DNA of 64,000 bases from Selaginella moellendorffii (lineage: Eukaryota > Plantae > Lycopodiophyta). The DNA lies in assembly GCF_000143415.4 (NCBI RefSeq), contig NW_003314269.1, positions 2,487,544 through 2,551,543 of the forward strand. Direction: 5' to 3'. Numbering within the stretch: the first letter of the stretch is position 1; each line of letters starts with the position of its first letter. The translations under genes and the position numbers were made by a program. Shown one piece after another: positions 1 through 11,827 of this stretch. The notes under the pieces were generated by a model. That model had not been told where the DNA came from. It saw only the letters and a list, made by a program, of their open reading frames with translations, and did not search any database.

Positions 1-586
1 GTAAAATATCTTATTTTAACTAGTAATTTAATGAATGAGATAAATAAATTTAAAATAAATTTAAAAGGGAAGAAAAAATACTGAATTTTATAATTGTAAA
101 CACTGATTTGACAAGATTTTTGTCATTTTAATATTTTTTATTAACTGTTTAAAGATTAAAAAATTGCAATTCATGTATTTCATTTTTCACAAAATTAATG
201 ATAAATTGATGTATATTGCCCTTGTGTGAGAGTAATACCAATATCAGAAGATAATGAATTTTTATAATCTGTTAGATGGATGCCATTTTTGTTTATTTCA
301 ATACAAAATAACTTATATTGTATAAATTATTTAAATTTATTTATAAATTAAATTATAATTACTAAATTTAACAAATAATTTCAATATAGTAAAAATATTA
401 TAAATAAAATAAACGTAAAACTGAAATAAATTAAAAGACTCATGAGAGAATTTTATTTAACTTGTTCTTAGAAGATCAAAATAATTTTTATCCTTTATTA
501 AGATTATATATAATTAAAAAAGCTAAAAGACATATTAAATTCTGGTTTAATGTACTTATTTTATTATTGGATATATATATTTATTA

Positions 587-686
587 NNNNNNNNNNNNNN
601 NNNNNNNNNNNNNNNNNNNNNNNNNNNNNNNNNNNNNNNNNNNNNNNNNNNNNNNNNNNNNNNNNNNNNNNNNNNNNNNNNNNNNN
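587..686. other. Assembly gap (run of N)
   Basis: 100 consecutive N bases. Confidence 0.99.
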
Positions 687-786
<100 letters not shown>

Positions 787-2874
787 TTTAGATTAATCTT
801 CTGTTTATAGATTATATTATATAATTTATAAACTTTTCTAAAAATCAGCTGCAATAGCCTCCAATCTTTAAAAAAAATCTTTGTATAAGGAAATTTCAAA
901 ATTACAAATGTGTTGTTAAATTATATGTTTCTTCCTAGTTCTTTGACTTATATCTCTATAGCTCCCACAAGAATCACTGTGGAACACTAATGAATTCTCT
1001 TTTCTTCCTGTGCACACACCTCATCACTCCTCTAATCAATGAGAAAGCATGTATGCTCTCTGGGTGTTTCTATCTCTCACTTGCATGTGTTTTGGCTGGT
1101 GGAGATGCTTGTAAAATGTTTGTTTACAAGCTTCCTGTCCCGCAGATCAAGTATTCCTCAGCTTGCAAAGTCAGAATTGTGGATCCAAGAGAATGTAGCC
1201 GTCATATCCAAATCATGGACACTTTTCCAGAATCACCAATTGAACTTAGGTTGGTTTTTTCTCACTTTTTGAAACTGCTGGATAATTAATAATAAATATT
1301 ATAATAAATAAGCAAACCATTATTTTATCAGGGACAATTTTAGAAAAATATGACCAGATATCCTAAATGTTTTTCAAACTAAAAAGAAGTCTTGCTGTGT
1401 TGGCTGGAGTTTCATTCATTGTCGATCTAACTCTTTCCTCTGTTTCGCACTGGTTAGAACAACGCTGGGTCCAGGAGGTGCGTGTGCCCATCTCATTGGT
1501 CCAGGCAGCCAAAAGCCAGTCAAACAATTCAACTCGTATTGACCGGCCACACACAAAAAAAGTGATGCCGGCATGACACACTCAACCTCTGTTACACGGC
1601 GTTTGGTGGTGCAGCGAATCCAAGATGACGAGCCAAGTGTAAAGACGTGAGCCAAGCTACCCGTCGCCATGGGAACTTCTCGCTCGCGTACCGGACATTT
1701 GGAAAGTTGTGTGCTTCTCTCGACACTTGGCCTGTGATCTGGGAAGATCATCCCTTTGTTTTTTTAAGACGCTTTGCGATCCTCTGTGTGGGCGGTGCCA
1801 GCCAGCCAGCCAAGTTCTAGCTCGTCCCCAACACTCCACTTGTATCGTCACCAGATCGTCCCGGGGGGCACTGTTGGCGAGATCCTCTTCGTGCGCACTG
1901 TTGGCGAGCTCATCTTCTATAAAAGAATGTGTGAGCGGTCCTTGATGCCAAATGTTATCGCCGTGGTGGGGGGTGATATGGACGCGGGCCACCTTCGCAG
2001 CAACCTGGGCTGGAAAAACATCTCATCTCCCCCGAGAAGCGAGCGCATCATATATCGTGCTGGCATGTTTGAGATGCGAGATAGTGTGGGATCTTACGTT
2101 TGTGCCGCGTATGCCCCAGCCGGGCACCACTTTTGTGCCCAAGAGGCGTCGTTTTAATGCAAGGCGTGGGCGCGTCCAGTGTTCCACTAGTGGAGTCATG
2201 CACCTCTTTTCATTTCTCTTTCTTTTTGTCAAGCCTCCCCACTGTAGGCCATTTGTCAACGGGCTGACTTTGTGTTCGTAGCTACCCCCTAGTTCACTCT
2301 CTCACCTGCATGATTGACCGAAAGGTTGCCTTCTTTTCGATAACAATGCCACGACATGATTTGCTTCTCCGCAGGGAAAAGCTTTGCTTGCAGCTGCATC
2401 GAAGCTCCCCTCGAAGTTTCGCCTTTCACACCCTTCACGGGACGGCTTAGGACTGTTCACAATTCAAGTCTTTTGGAGACCTCCAAACAATCTAACAAGA
2501 AAGGGGCGGTCAATATTGCTAGGACAAGGAATGAATGACCCCAACGCTTTGGCGGTGTGATACAGGAGAGGACTTTGGCGGAATGGATCTTTAAGGAGAC
2601 CCCACTTGACCTTTGATTCGATACTTCCGGTGATCCAAGGAGTGCTCATTCTCAAATTGACTGTGATATAGAGTAGTCTTTGAGGAGTTTAGTTCCACCA
2701 GCGAAGTTGCCATGGAAGCTTCACAGGGTCTTGCAAAGGAACGAAGCGAAACAAAACAAACACCATTCAAGCCAACAAGTGACCTTGCGATTGCGTGACA
2801 ACAAAAAGATCTTACAAGGAGTTTTTGGTCCACCTTCGTGGCGGGAAGCTTCCCGCGAGGGTGAGTTTTGCGCC

Positions 2875-3435
2875 CACGTGATCGAAATCCAAGCCCTTGG
2901 ATTGGAAAGGTCCCCCTAACGCGACAAGAAAGAGAGTTTCGTTCCTCCTTGATCTCACTCGCGGGAAGCTGCCCAGGAAGACGCTATCGTCCTCGACAAC
3001 CACCACGTGATAAAATGCGAGCTTCCTAGCGCCTTCCTTGCGATCCATAAGTGCCAGTTTCTTTCCAAGGAAGCTGCGCCAAGGCCAGACACCCACTTTC
3101 CTGGCAGCTCCCTTTGCATCAGCTCCACGTGAAAGAAATGGGTATGCCAGTTACCCATGTGGTGATATCCAGCCACCGGATGGGAACCACGCAAGCGATT
3201 TTAACCCGTACCATAGCTTTGGTTTGAAATGCCCACATTGTGGACCCAGTGGCATCCATGTGCAAATCATGCTACGAGAACAGTAAGGCACGAGGCCACC
3301 CAGTCATGGAAAGAAAAGAAATATCGCCAACCCAGAAAATTAGCATATTCCCGGGGGGATGCTACTGGCCAATAACGTGCTGCCCGGGCCAGCTACCCGC
3401 GATGTCACGCCAATGCGAAATGGGGCGTGATTGGC
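2875..3435 (+). promoter_or_regulatory. G-box/ABRE and CCAAT elements upstream of MAPKKK-1
   Basis: CACGTG at 2875, 3004 and 3126; CCAAT/ATTGG motifs at about 3369, 3410 and 3430. Confidence 0.4.
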
Positions 3436-3709
3436 GGTGTCCGGGTCGCTGCCCAGACTGCCCGAGACTGTAGCAGCCCGCCCGCCCGCCGTTGGGCCGA
3501 ACTGGAAATTTTTTTCAAACTTTTGCCCAGTTTACCCACGAGTTTTGCCTTTTAACCTTTTCCCTTACCTTTATCCCCGGCTGTATTTAAGCCACGCCCC
3601 TCCTTCCAAATCCCTAGACCAGTTCGTGGTGTGTTTCAAGAGAGGGGGAAAATCAAAAGGAGGGAAAGGAAAAATTCTCGATCTTGGATCTTGAGCTATA
3701 GCAGCAGCG

Positions 3710-5431
3710 ATGGCGATGGCGATGGAGAATCAGCAGCAGAAACAGGGCTTCTCGTGGATCAGGGGCAAGGCAATCGGCGCTGGATCCTTTGGCACCGTGA
3801 GCCTGGCAGTGAACAGGGCGGATGGCTCGCTCTTCGCGGTGAAATCCGCGGAGATGGGCAACAGCGGCGAGATCGCGGCTCTGGAGAACGAGCGCCAGAT
3901 CCTGGAGAGCCTGGATTGCCCACAGGTCATCCGGTGCCTTGGCGGCGACGACACCGCCGCGGAGCCCAGCAAGCCCGCGATGAAGAACGTCTTCCTCGAG
4001 TACATGCCCGGGGGGAGCCTGGTGGATCTCATGGCCAAGCTGGGCGGGAAGCTGGACGAGTCCCTGGTGAGGATCTACACGCGGGGAATCCTTCAAGGCC
4101 TGGAATTCCTCCACAGGAGCGGGATCGTGCACTGCGACATCAAGGGGAAGAACATCCTCGTCGGCTGCGAGAGTGTCAAGCTCGCGGATTTTGGGGCGGC
4201 CAAGAGGGTCGGGGCCAAATCCATGGCCGGGGGAGTGAAGGGGACGCCGCTGTGGATGGCGCCCGAGGCGGTGAGGCAGGAAGAACAGGGCGCGGCGTCG
4301 GATATCTGGTCGCTGGGCTGCACGGTGATCGAGATGCTCACGGGCAAGGCGCCATGGGGCGAGGCGGTGAGTGGATCCAACCCCATGGTCGCCATGTACA
4401 AGATTGCTTGCTCCAACGAGATCCCGGAGCTGCCCAGCTTCGTCTCCAGCGCTGGGCGAGATTTCCTGGCCAAGTGCCTGTGCCGGGATCCCTGCTCCAG
4501 GGCCTCGGCCGAGGAGCTCTTGCGGCATCCCTTTGTGAGCGGCGAGATGGCGGCGGAGGAGAAGGAGGAGGAGGAGAAGATTGAGGCAGCGTCGGTGACG
4601 CCCATATCGCCGAGGAGCCCCTTGGATTTCTCCCGCTTCTTCTCGATCAAGAGCAGCGCCACCGGCGACCTGCCCCGGCTGGAGGAAGACATCAAGTGGA
4701 TTGTGGTGCGATCGCCGCAGGGGCAGCCACCCGCCGCGAATGCGTTCGAGCACCTTTCGGATTTCGCCGAGGAGCTCGAGGAGGAGGAGGAAGAGCAAGC
4801 CTCAGCTTCGCCAGCTATCTCCAAGGCCGTCTCCAAGGCCGAGGACGAGGAGAATTCGATCGAGCAGCCGCAGGATTGCGGCATTGCCAGCGGATTGCGA
4901 GTCGCCCAAGAGCCGGAATCATCGGATTGCAGCCCCAGTTCCTCCGGATCATCGTCGGCAACTCCCCTGTTTTTGGGGGATTTGCCGATTTCGAGGGGTG
5001 GAATCGCGAGGGCTTTTGTGGGGATTGGGAGAACCGGAAGATCAATTCGGCTGCCGCCACGGGCAACCGTTCCAAGAAGCCGAGGCCGGATCAAGCTGGC
5101 TAGCAGAATTGCCGCGGGGGGAATATCCGCGAGATATTCCCCCCGCGCTGTTGTAACTCCAAGTCTGAAAGATACTGGCACCAATTTGACACTCGAAAAC
5201 CGTGTAGCTCTCGTTTTTGTGCTGCTTGTGGTATGTGTGCGTGCGTGCGTGCTGTTGTGCCTCTGCTCGTTGGATTCATTGTCCCACTCATTCTCGTTTG
5301 ATTTTGTTTGGCAGTGGCGATGGTGGCGATTCCGCTCGCACGCCCTGATCGATCCCTCTTGCAGTTGCAATGTCGAGCGCAAGATTGGTATTCCATGGAT
5401 CCCGCCGCTTCGGTTCCGGGATTGCGATTGA
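3710..5431 (+). CDS. MEKK-type MAP kinase kinase kinase (NPK1-related, MAPKKK13-21-like clade), copy 1
   Basis: GAGSFGTV, AVK, HCDIKGKN, DFG, GTPLWMAPE and SDIWSLGCT motifs; kinase domain has no intron; post-kinase SP(R)SPLDF and WIVVR motifs. Possible in-frame intron at 5231-5314. Confidence 0.95.
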   Translation: MAMAMENQQQKQGFSWIRGKAIGAGSFGTVSLAVNRADGSLFAVKSAEMGNSGEIAALENERQILESLDCPQVIRCLGGDDTAAEPSKPAMKNVFLEYMPGGSLVDLMAKLGGKLDESLVRIYTRGILQGLEFLHRSGIVHCDIKGKNILVGCESVKLADFGAAKRVGAKSMAGGVKGTPLWMAPEAVRQEEQGAASDIWSLGCTVIEMLTGKAPWGEAVSGSNPMVAMYKIACSNEIPELPSFVSSAGRDFLAKCLCRDPCSRASAEELLRHPFVSGEMAAEEKEEEEKIEAASVTPISPRSPLDFSRFFSIKSSATGDLPRLEEDIKWIVVRSPQGQPPAANAFEHLSDFAEELEEEEEEQASASPAISKAVSKAEDEENSIEQPQDCGIASGLRVAQEPESSDCSPSSSGSSSATPLFLGDLPISRGGIARAFVGIGRTGRSIRLPPRATVPRSRGRIKLASRIAAGGISARYSPRAVVTPSLKDTGTNLTLENRVALVFVLLVVCVRACVLLCLCSLDSLSHSFSFDFVWQWRWWRFRSHALIDPSCSCNVERKIGIPWIPPLRFRDCD

Positions 5432-6721
5432 TGGATGGATTGGCTCCGATTTTTAGATCCAATCTTCGCTAGGGCTCTCTTTGTTGGATACACAGGACGA
5501 ATCTCCGACGTCACTCGCGCGCGCGGGGGCACCCAAATTGGCGCCAGGGATATGCGCATACACTCGCGGGGTTAGGTGTGGCAAGTTTGAAGTTTCAAAC
5601 TCTCGAAAGCCAAAGCCAACCCGATTTTAATTAACCAATCTCCACCACCACCACCACCACCACCTAACGTTCGTTTGCTCGTTTTTTTCTTTTTCTTTTT
5701 TTCTGGCGAGGGTGACCTAACTTGGTCACCCAATTTCATGTTTCTTGCCCCATCCATCAACTTGTGACAAGAGCAAGCAATGGACAAGCCATCCTCCACC
5801 ACACGCGCGCACAAGAGACCTTTAAGCTAACACCAAAGAAAGGAAAGGATAAATTCTTTGAAAAAGGGGCTTAAATTTCAAAAGCCAGGAAACATTGGCC
5901 CCTAACCTAACTGAAAGCTGCCGCAAGCCCCCGAGCTAAAGTCCATACAACTCAGGAAGCGAGTCCCACTGGCCGGCAGATTTTCTATTCCATATATCGA
6001 TGATGCAACGCCATTTGTCTAAGCTTAAATGCGATGCGCCGCAACTAACCGGCCAAGGCCTCGTATTTTAATCGCACCCCAAAACACTATATGTGCTTCC
6101 GCCGAGATCGCGTCCGTCCAGGCCTCCCTTCCGCTTGTTTTTGGGATTTCTGGGCTCGCAATTGCCGGGGCGGGGGGCGATTATGTGTGGACAACACAAA
6201 GAGCTGGAATGTCTGTGCTGTGATCCATGGGCTTGCGTTATCTCTTTCGTTGTTAAATCGCTGTTGTTTGCTGGTTCGGCTCACTCTGGCGGGAAGAAAC
6301 AGGACAAGCAAGGCGATTGCTTGTGTAAACAACGGCGGCACAGACAAAAACGTATATAGCAATAGAAAGCCAGCCTAGCGCGAGATCAAAGTCTTGTTAT
6401 ACACACAAAAATACCACCACCGTCGTGCCTCGACCGACACGCCACCGGCACAAAGCACTCTCTTTGGATGCCCCTTCAAGCCAAGTTTTTCTCCCACAAT
6501 GTTTTTTTATACACTTTTATTCGGGAAAAAACTAGAAAACTCTGGGAAAAGGAAATATCTTGTTCATGCTTGGCATGCACTCTACCGTGATTGAGAAACC
6601 TAAAAATATACAGAACCACCGCTGCCGCTGTCTCTCTCTCTTATAATCAAACGCCCAATTCTGCTCTCCTACATGCACTGCACTTTGCTTGGCATTGTGA
6701 CAATTCCGGTCGTTATTTCCC

Positions 6722-6881
6722 GTGATTGGCTACGCGCCAGGGCCAATTGGATTGGGCCCTCGGCCACTGTGATTGGCAGTTGCTCGGCATTGGCGCGCGG
6801 GGCGGGGAAGAGTTTAGGGCGTGTGATTGGCTAATCGTCCCCTTGTTAAATATGGCACACGATTGTTGCCAACACTATTGG
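6722..6881. promoter_or_regulatory. Dense CCAAT-box (ATTGG) cluster upstream of MAPKKK-2
   Basis: ATTGG at 6725, 6746, 6751, 6772, 6789, 6826 and 6877; GTGATTGGC occurs three times. Confidence 0.45.
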
Positions 6882-7366
6882 TAGCTCGCGATTTTGGTAA
6901 ATCCATATCTGATTCTCTCTGTTTATATTCGTGAAAAGCGAGCGTCGGACCTTTTCGTCTTATCCCCAACAAGCTTGCCATTCTTAGCTTGCGATGGCAC
7001 TCCTCTGAAAATTTCAATCAAGCTGCGCTGGGGTTACCCTGTCATTTAACGTGAAGCAAAGTCCCAGCAAAGTTGACCCGTAGCAAGCAAGCACACGAGC
7101 GCCAAAGGGTTTCTTACAATCTGTAATTTTTTTGTTTTTTTCTCGTCCTTTTTTCTCTTTAAATTTTATTTATTTACTTTTGCTTTTAATTCCTTGCTTT
7201 GAGGCGTCGTTTGTTTTGTTGTAGATATAGATAGCAGAAGAAATCTTCGATCAATTTACCTCGACGAGGAGCGCACCACCTTCGTCCATCCCGTCCACCG
7301 GTGGAATTGAGGCTGGGCTGGCGCGAGAGTGGCGACACAGAAAACACAGCTCACGCTCTCGCACGT

Positions 7367-7458
7367 AGTTCCCTTCATGGCCATGTAGCAAGCATCTTAA
7401 ATCGAATCTTTCCAGTTCCCTTCATGGCCATGTAGCAAGCATCTAAATCGAATCTTTC
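7367..7458. repeat. Tandem duplication, ~47-bp unit x2
   Basis: AGTTCCCTTCATGGCCATGTAGCAAGCATCT(T)AAATCGAATCTTTC at 7367 and 7414. Confidence 0.95.
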
Positions 7459-7679
7459 AACACCCCCACACCAGACGTCGTGTAATAGTGTAATCGTTTC
7501 TATTGGCTGCCGTCCTTTGCTGCGCCCTAAAACAGAGCCTCCCCCTGTTAAAAGCCGGTGAGGCGCGGCCACCGGTAGGTACAGTGGTTGATCTTTGTGC
7601 CGAGTGGCCAATCAAGAGAGCCGCCGCCAATTGCCGTCCAATGGGAGCCGCGTTGGCCCTTTGAAACGAACCCGGGCCC

Positions 7680-7689
7680 GCCACGTGGC
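7680..7689. promoter_or_regulatory. Palindromic G-box/ABRE GCCACGTGGC
   Basis: Perfect 10-bp palindrome about 240 bp upstream of the MAPKKK-2 ATG. Confidence 0.55.
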
Positions 7690-7926
7690 ACGCATTACCT
7701 GAGCGTGGCGGCGAATCTATCCTGATGCTTTTTTCCCGCCAGAGAAGGAGTGCCTTCGGTCGGATTCCCCAAAATATTCGGGGTGGATCAAGGGGGGTAA
7801 AAGGGCAAGTAAACCCGCTTGGTTTTTTAACTCATTTTTCTCGGCGTATATTTCTTTCAAGCCCTCGAATGAGAAAGAACTGAGCGAGAGAAGAGTGAAG
7901 AGCGTTGGCGCTCGTTCTTGACGGCT

Positions 7927-9729
7927 ATGGCCGATCGGGTCGTGAGGTCGTGGGTGTGCGGCGGTCTCATCGGCGCGGGGGCCTTCGGTAGCGTAAATTT
8001 GGCGGTGGACAACGAAACAGGGGATCTGTTCGCGGTGAAATCGACCGAGTGTAGCGGCGGGCGGTCCAGCGATGGCGCGCTGCTGGCGCTGGAGAACGAG
8101 TTGTCGATCCTCCAGAGCCTCCAATCCTCTCCCCGGATCGTCAAGTGCCTGGGATCGGCGTGGTCGAGTTCGGCGGAATCGGGGCAGCCGGTGCGCAGCG
8201 TCTTCCTCGAGTACATGCCCGGCGGCAGCATCGCCGATCTCATGGCCAAGCTGGGCGGCAAGCTCCACGAATCTCTGGCGAGGATCTACACCCGGGGGAT
8301 CCTCGAGGGCCTCGAGTTCCTCCACCGGCGCGGGATCGTGCACTGCGACATCAAGGGGAAGAACGTCCTCGTCGGCGCCACCGGCGTCAAGCTCGCGGAC
8401 TTCGGCGCCGCCAAGCGCCTGAGCGGCGCCGCCCACTACCAGCACCACCAGCAATCGCCCATGATCAAGGGGACGCCGCTGTGGATGGCGCCCGAGGTGG
8501 TCCGGCAGGAAGAACAGGGCACGGCCTCGGACATCTGGTCGCTGGGATGCACGGTTCTGGAGATGATCACCGGCCGCGCGCCCTGGGGCGATGTCAAGCA
8601 CACATTCTCGGCGCTCTACCGGATCGGGTGTAGCGAGGAGCTGCCCGAGCTGCCGTGGTGGCTGTCCGAGCAGGGCAAGGATTTCGTGATGAATTGCCTG
8701 AGGAGGGATCCCCGGGAGCGGTGGACGAGCGCCCAGCTCCTCCAGCACCCATTTGTGATGGAGGCCATGGAATCGCCATCGCCGTCGCTGATCGCGGCGC
8801 CGCGGCGAGCTAGCGCAGGGGATTTGGACAGCGTCCAGATTACCAAGCTCCTGGCGGATATGCCGGTGGTGGCGGAGGAGGAGGAGGAGAAAGGAGTCGC
8901 GGAGGCGGCGGAGAGGCGGCGATTGGTTCGTCCCAGATTGGAAGTTTGCGGCAACTGGGATGATCAGGGTCACGGGAGCGATCCGGGGATGAGCCCGAGC
9001 TCCGCGGGGGGCAAGTGGATCGTTGTGCGATCGCCGCAAGGGGGAAACAACTGGAATCTCCCGGACCCATTCAATCTCCTCTCGGATTTCGAGTCCGGGG
9101 AGGATGGCGAGGTTGTCGATGCCAGCAGCGATGATGATGAGCGCAAAGCGGTGGAAGTGGAGCTCGAGGTGGAAGATCAAGAGGAAGAGGAAGAAGAAGA
9201 AGAAGAAAAGGGTGTGAGGAGTTTGGAATCATCGCCGGTGGATCATGCCGAGGAAGAGGCCTCTTCTTCCTCGACTTCTTCGTCTTCTTGCGGTTTGGTT
9301 TTCTGTTACGAGTTTTGGGCGTGGACGAATCCACAACCGAAATTCTACCGCGCGAGTTTGCTCCAACAAGAAGGCCACCGGATTGGATTCCCCCCCGGCT
9401 CCTCCTCCTCCTCCAGATCCGATCGCCGCCCTTGGCAATGCGGGAAAGATCCGCCGCCCCGGCGAAGGAAGAAGAATCGATCCAGGAAGAAGAAGAAGAA
9501 GCGGAGGAGGCGACGAGGGAGGTGGATCATTGCTGCCGCTGACGGCGATGATGAGCTAGGATTGCCGGATTCATGCGTGGAGTGCAAGAGCCGGAAGCGT
9601 CTCGCATTGTTCTTGCTTCTGTTTGATTCCTCGTCAAGAAGATGGAGGAAGAAAAAGAAAAGTAAAAGAAAATCCTTGTCTTCCAACCGTAAAAACAGTA
9701 GTACTCTTTGGCCCTCCCCTGTTTTTTAG
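7927..9729 (+). CDS. MEKK-type MAP kinase kinase kinase, copy 2 (tandem paralogue)
   Basis: Complete kinase motifs, highly similar to copy 1 (VFLEYMPGGS..DLMAKLGGKL.ESL.RIYTRGIL.GLEFLH); shared KWIVVRSPQG...F..LSDF motif; first ATG at 7927 (the ORF track starts at an upstream TTG). Confidence 0.95.
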   Translation: MADRVVRSWVCGGLIGAGAFGSVNLAVDNETGDLFAVKSTECSGGRSSDGALLALENELSILQSLQSSPRIVKCLGSAWSSSAESGQPVRSVFLEYMPGGSIADLMAKLGGKLHESLARIYTRGILEGLEFLHRRGIVHCDIKGKNVLVGATGVKLADFGAAKRLSGAAHYQHHQQSPMIKGTPLWMAPEVVRQEEQGTASDIWSLGCTVLEMITGRAPWGDVKHTFSALYRIGCSEELPELPWWLSEQGKDFVMNCLRRDPRERWTSAQLLQHPFVMEAMESPSPSLIAAPRRASAGDLDSVQITKLLADMPVVAEEEEEKGVAEAAERRRLVRPRLEVCGNWDDQGHGSDPGMSPSSAGGKWIVVRSPQGGNNWNLPDPFNLLSDFESGEDGEVVDASSDDDERKAVEVELEVEDQEEEEEEEEEKGVRSLESSPVDHAEEEASSSSTSSSSCGLVFCYEFWAWTNPQPKFYRASLLQQEGHRIGFPPGSSSSSRSDRRPWQCGKDPPPRRRKKNRSRKKKKKRRRRRGRWIIAAADGDDELGLPDSCVECKSRKRLALFLLLFDSSSRRWRKKKKSKRKSLSSNRKNSSTLWPSPVF

Positions 9730-10570
9730 GGTTCTTGGCGCGTGTTTGGTTTCGCGCGCTTTGGCGCGTGCGAAGGAAGGGATAAAACCGCAATCGCAAA
9801 ATTTTCCTCTGCTCGGATTCTGCGCGCGGGCGGAGCTGTTTCGTTCTCAGATCTCTCAACCTGAAGCGCGCAAGCGGCCAGCCCGCGCTTTTCCGCCTTT
9901 AATCTTTTTCCTCTGCGACGAGAGCGAGAAACTTTCGCTCTCCCGGGGCCTCGCAACTTGCACTTGCACTTTGCGCACATCTCATTCGCGCACCTCTCGC
10001 TCGCCGCCGTGTCACGAGTGTCGCTATAAGGCTCTGCGCGCTGCTGGTACCATAAAAACTCGTAACGCTAGCCAGGGAAACCAACGCACCGCTTTTGGGC
10101 GATGGCAAAAAAGCGATACGAAGCGAGCGAGCGAGCGAGCGAGCGCTGCAAGCGAGCTCTAGTTGGCTTTGCTGGCCTTTCGGTTTTCGCTTTTGTTTGC
10201 TTGGCCCTTGGCGAGCGTGGCTGGCAATTGGCTCGCTCCTTTTCCCCTTGCTTGCCTCATGAGGAAACTGCGATCCAGCCATCATCATATCACGCCCCGC
10301 CACCGCCACCGCCGCCCCCCGGATTACGCGACTAAGCTAACGCGACTGCGCTTGCGCTTGCTTAGCGACGGTGCTTTGGATTTGGATCATCCAGCGAAGC
10401 CTCCAGTCTTGTTTTCTTCTCATCCATATCGTGCTCTGTCGCATACACTGCTCTGTTTTGCTGCTGCTTCTGTAACCTACACACGCACCAAACACAGCGA
10501 ACCTGTTAGCTCTGTCTGTCTGTCCCTCTCCCTTTGTCCATTTTTTTATTCCTCTTCTTCCAATTTCTTC

Positions 10571-10762
10571 CTCAAGTGGAGTGGAGTTTAGCTACAAAGA
10601 TGGAGGACAGGATCAAATCTATATATCAAAATCAGAGCAAGGAATAGCTCTCTCTCTCTCTCTCTCAAGTGGAGTAGAGTTTAGCTACAAAGATGGAGGA
10701 CAGGATCAAATCTATATATCAAAATCGGAGCAAGGAATAGTTCTCTCTCTCTCTCTCTCTCT
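10571..10762. repeat. Tandem duplication, 93-bp unit x2, each ending in (CT)n
   Basis: CTCAAGTGGAGT(G/A)GAGTTTAGCTACAAAGATGGAGGACAGG... at 10571 and 10664, in the 3' region of the RPC9-like gene. Confidence 0.95.
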
Positions 10763-10793
10763 GTGACGGAAGTCCTCCCTTCCTCTCCGGAGT

Positions 10794-11827
10794 TTATAGC
10801 GTTGGCTGCGTCGTCCAGTCCATTAATTGGGCGTCGTGATCATCCGGATCGATGTCAAGCGCTGCTGCTGCTGCCCCTTGTGCCTCAGGAGCAGCCGAAG
10901 ATGGAGCGGGCGCGGGTAGTACTTGGTTCACGCGGCTGACGAGCTCCTCCACTTCCTCGTCTGTGAACCTGTTTTGGATATCCTCGACAATCTGTTTGAC
11001 AGAGCTGGTCGTCACTGCTCATGCTTGGAGACTCTAAACAAAGATATGTGAAAATTCCTGTCGATCCATGTCTAGTGGCTGTCTCGTGCATGAACCTTGC
11101 ATTTCCTGGATGCAAATTGCTACTGATCTTCCAGAGAGGGAGAGAGAAAGAGAGAGACGAGACGAGACGTCTACCAAAGAGATACCAGAGATGAGACGAT
11201 ACGGCTACTAGGGAGAGAGAAGCAAAGACGTCTTACCAGAAGAACTTCCACCGAGAGAGAGATCTACCAGAGAGAGAAGGAGAGCGAAAGATGAGACGAT
11301 ACGTCTACCACAGAGAGAGAAAGATCAACCAGACAAAGAGTCAGAGAGATGAGTCTACCCAGAGAGAGAGAGAGAGATCTTTCTCGTCTGTCTCTAAGGA
11401 GCGAAGAGACGTCTTACCAGATGAACTTCCACAGCGGAAGCTGGGCGTAAGTTCGCGACTTGCAAGCGTTCCGGCCTGAGTAGCCGGGCTGCCAGGGGCT
11501 CCTTGGATAGCTTCGCCAAGCTCTCTCGGGACTGTGTGGCAGCGGGCGTGTGGATGAGATAGTCGTACACCTAGAAGCTCGCAAAAGCCATCGATCGGTC
11601 AGTGCTCTCTAATTCTCGTACTCACACAAGTTCTGTGGCTTTCTTTACCTTGAGCTCGGACTGCGTTACGGTACTCACAGCTCCCGCAAAACCCTGGTCG
11701 GCTCCTCGCTTGCGCAGCAAATCCAGCACCTCGAGGTTGCTGAGGATTCCAGTGTGCGCCTCGATGCTGCCCAACAGCGATTCAAGCCGGTCAAACCCAC
11801 CACACGATTCGCAGCTTACATTTTCAT
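10794..11827 (-). CDS. RPC9: RNA polymerase III subunit RPC9/C17 (CRCP, RPB4 family), 4 exons
   Basis: Manual GT-AG splicing gives MKIIEAHTGILSNLEVLDLLRKRGADQ...SELKVYDYLIHTPAATQSRES...ERLQVANLRPASAVEVHLIVEDIQNRFTDEEVEELV. This matches the RPC9 pattern LSN.EV..LL / V..YL / E.LQ..NLRP.S.VE..LI.E....R. The ORF track shows only the last exon. Confidence 0.88.

Noticed and set aside
3631-9686. Long antisense and alternate-frame ORFs over the MAPKKKs (e.g. 4093-5559 and 7717-9180, minus strand)
   Set aside because: Shadow ORFs of GC-rich coding sequence with no recognisable domain.
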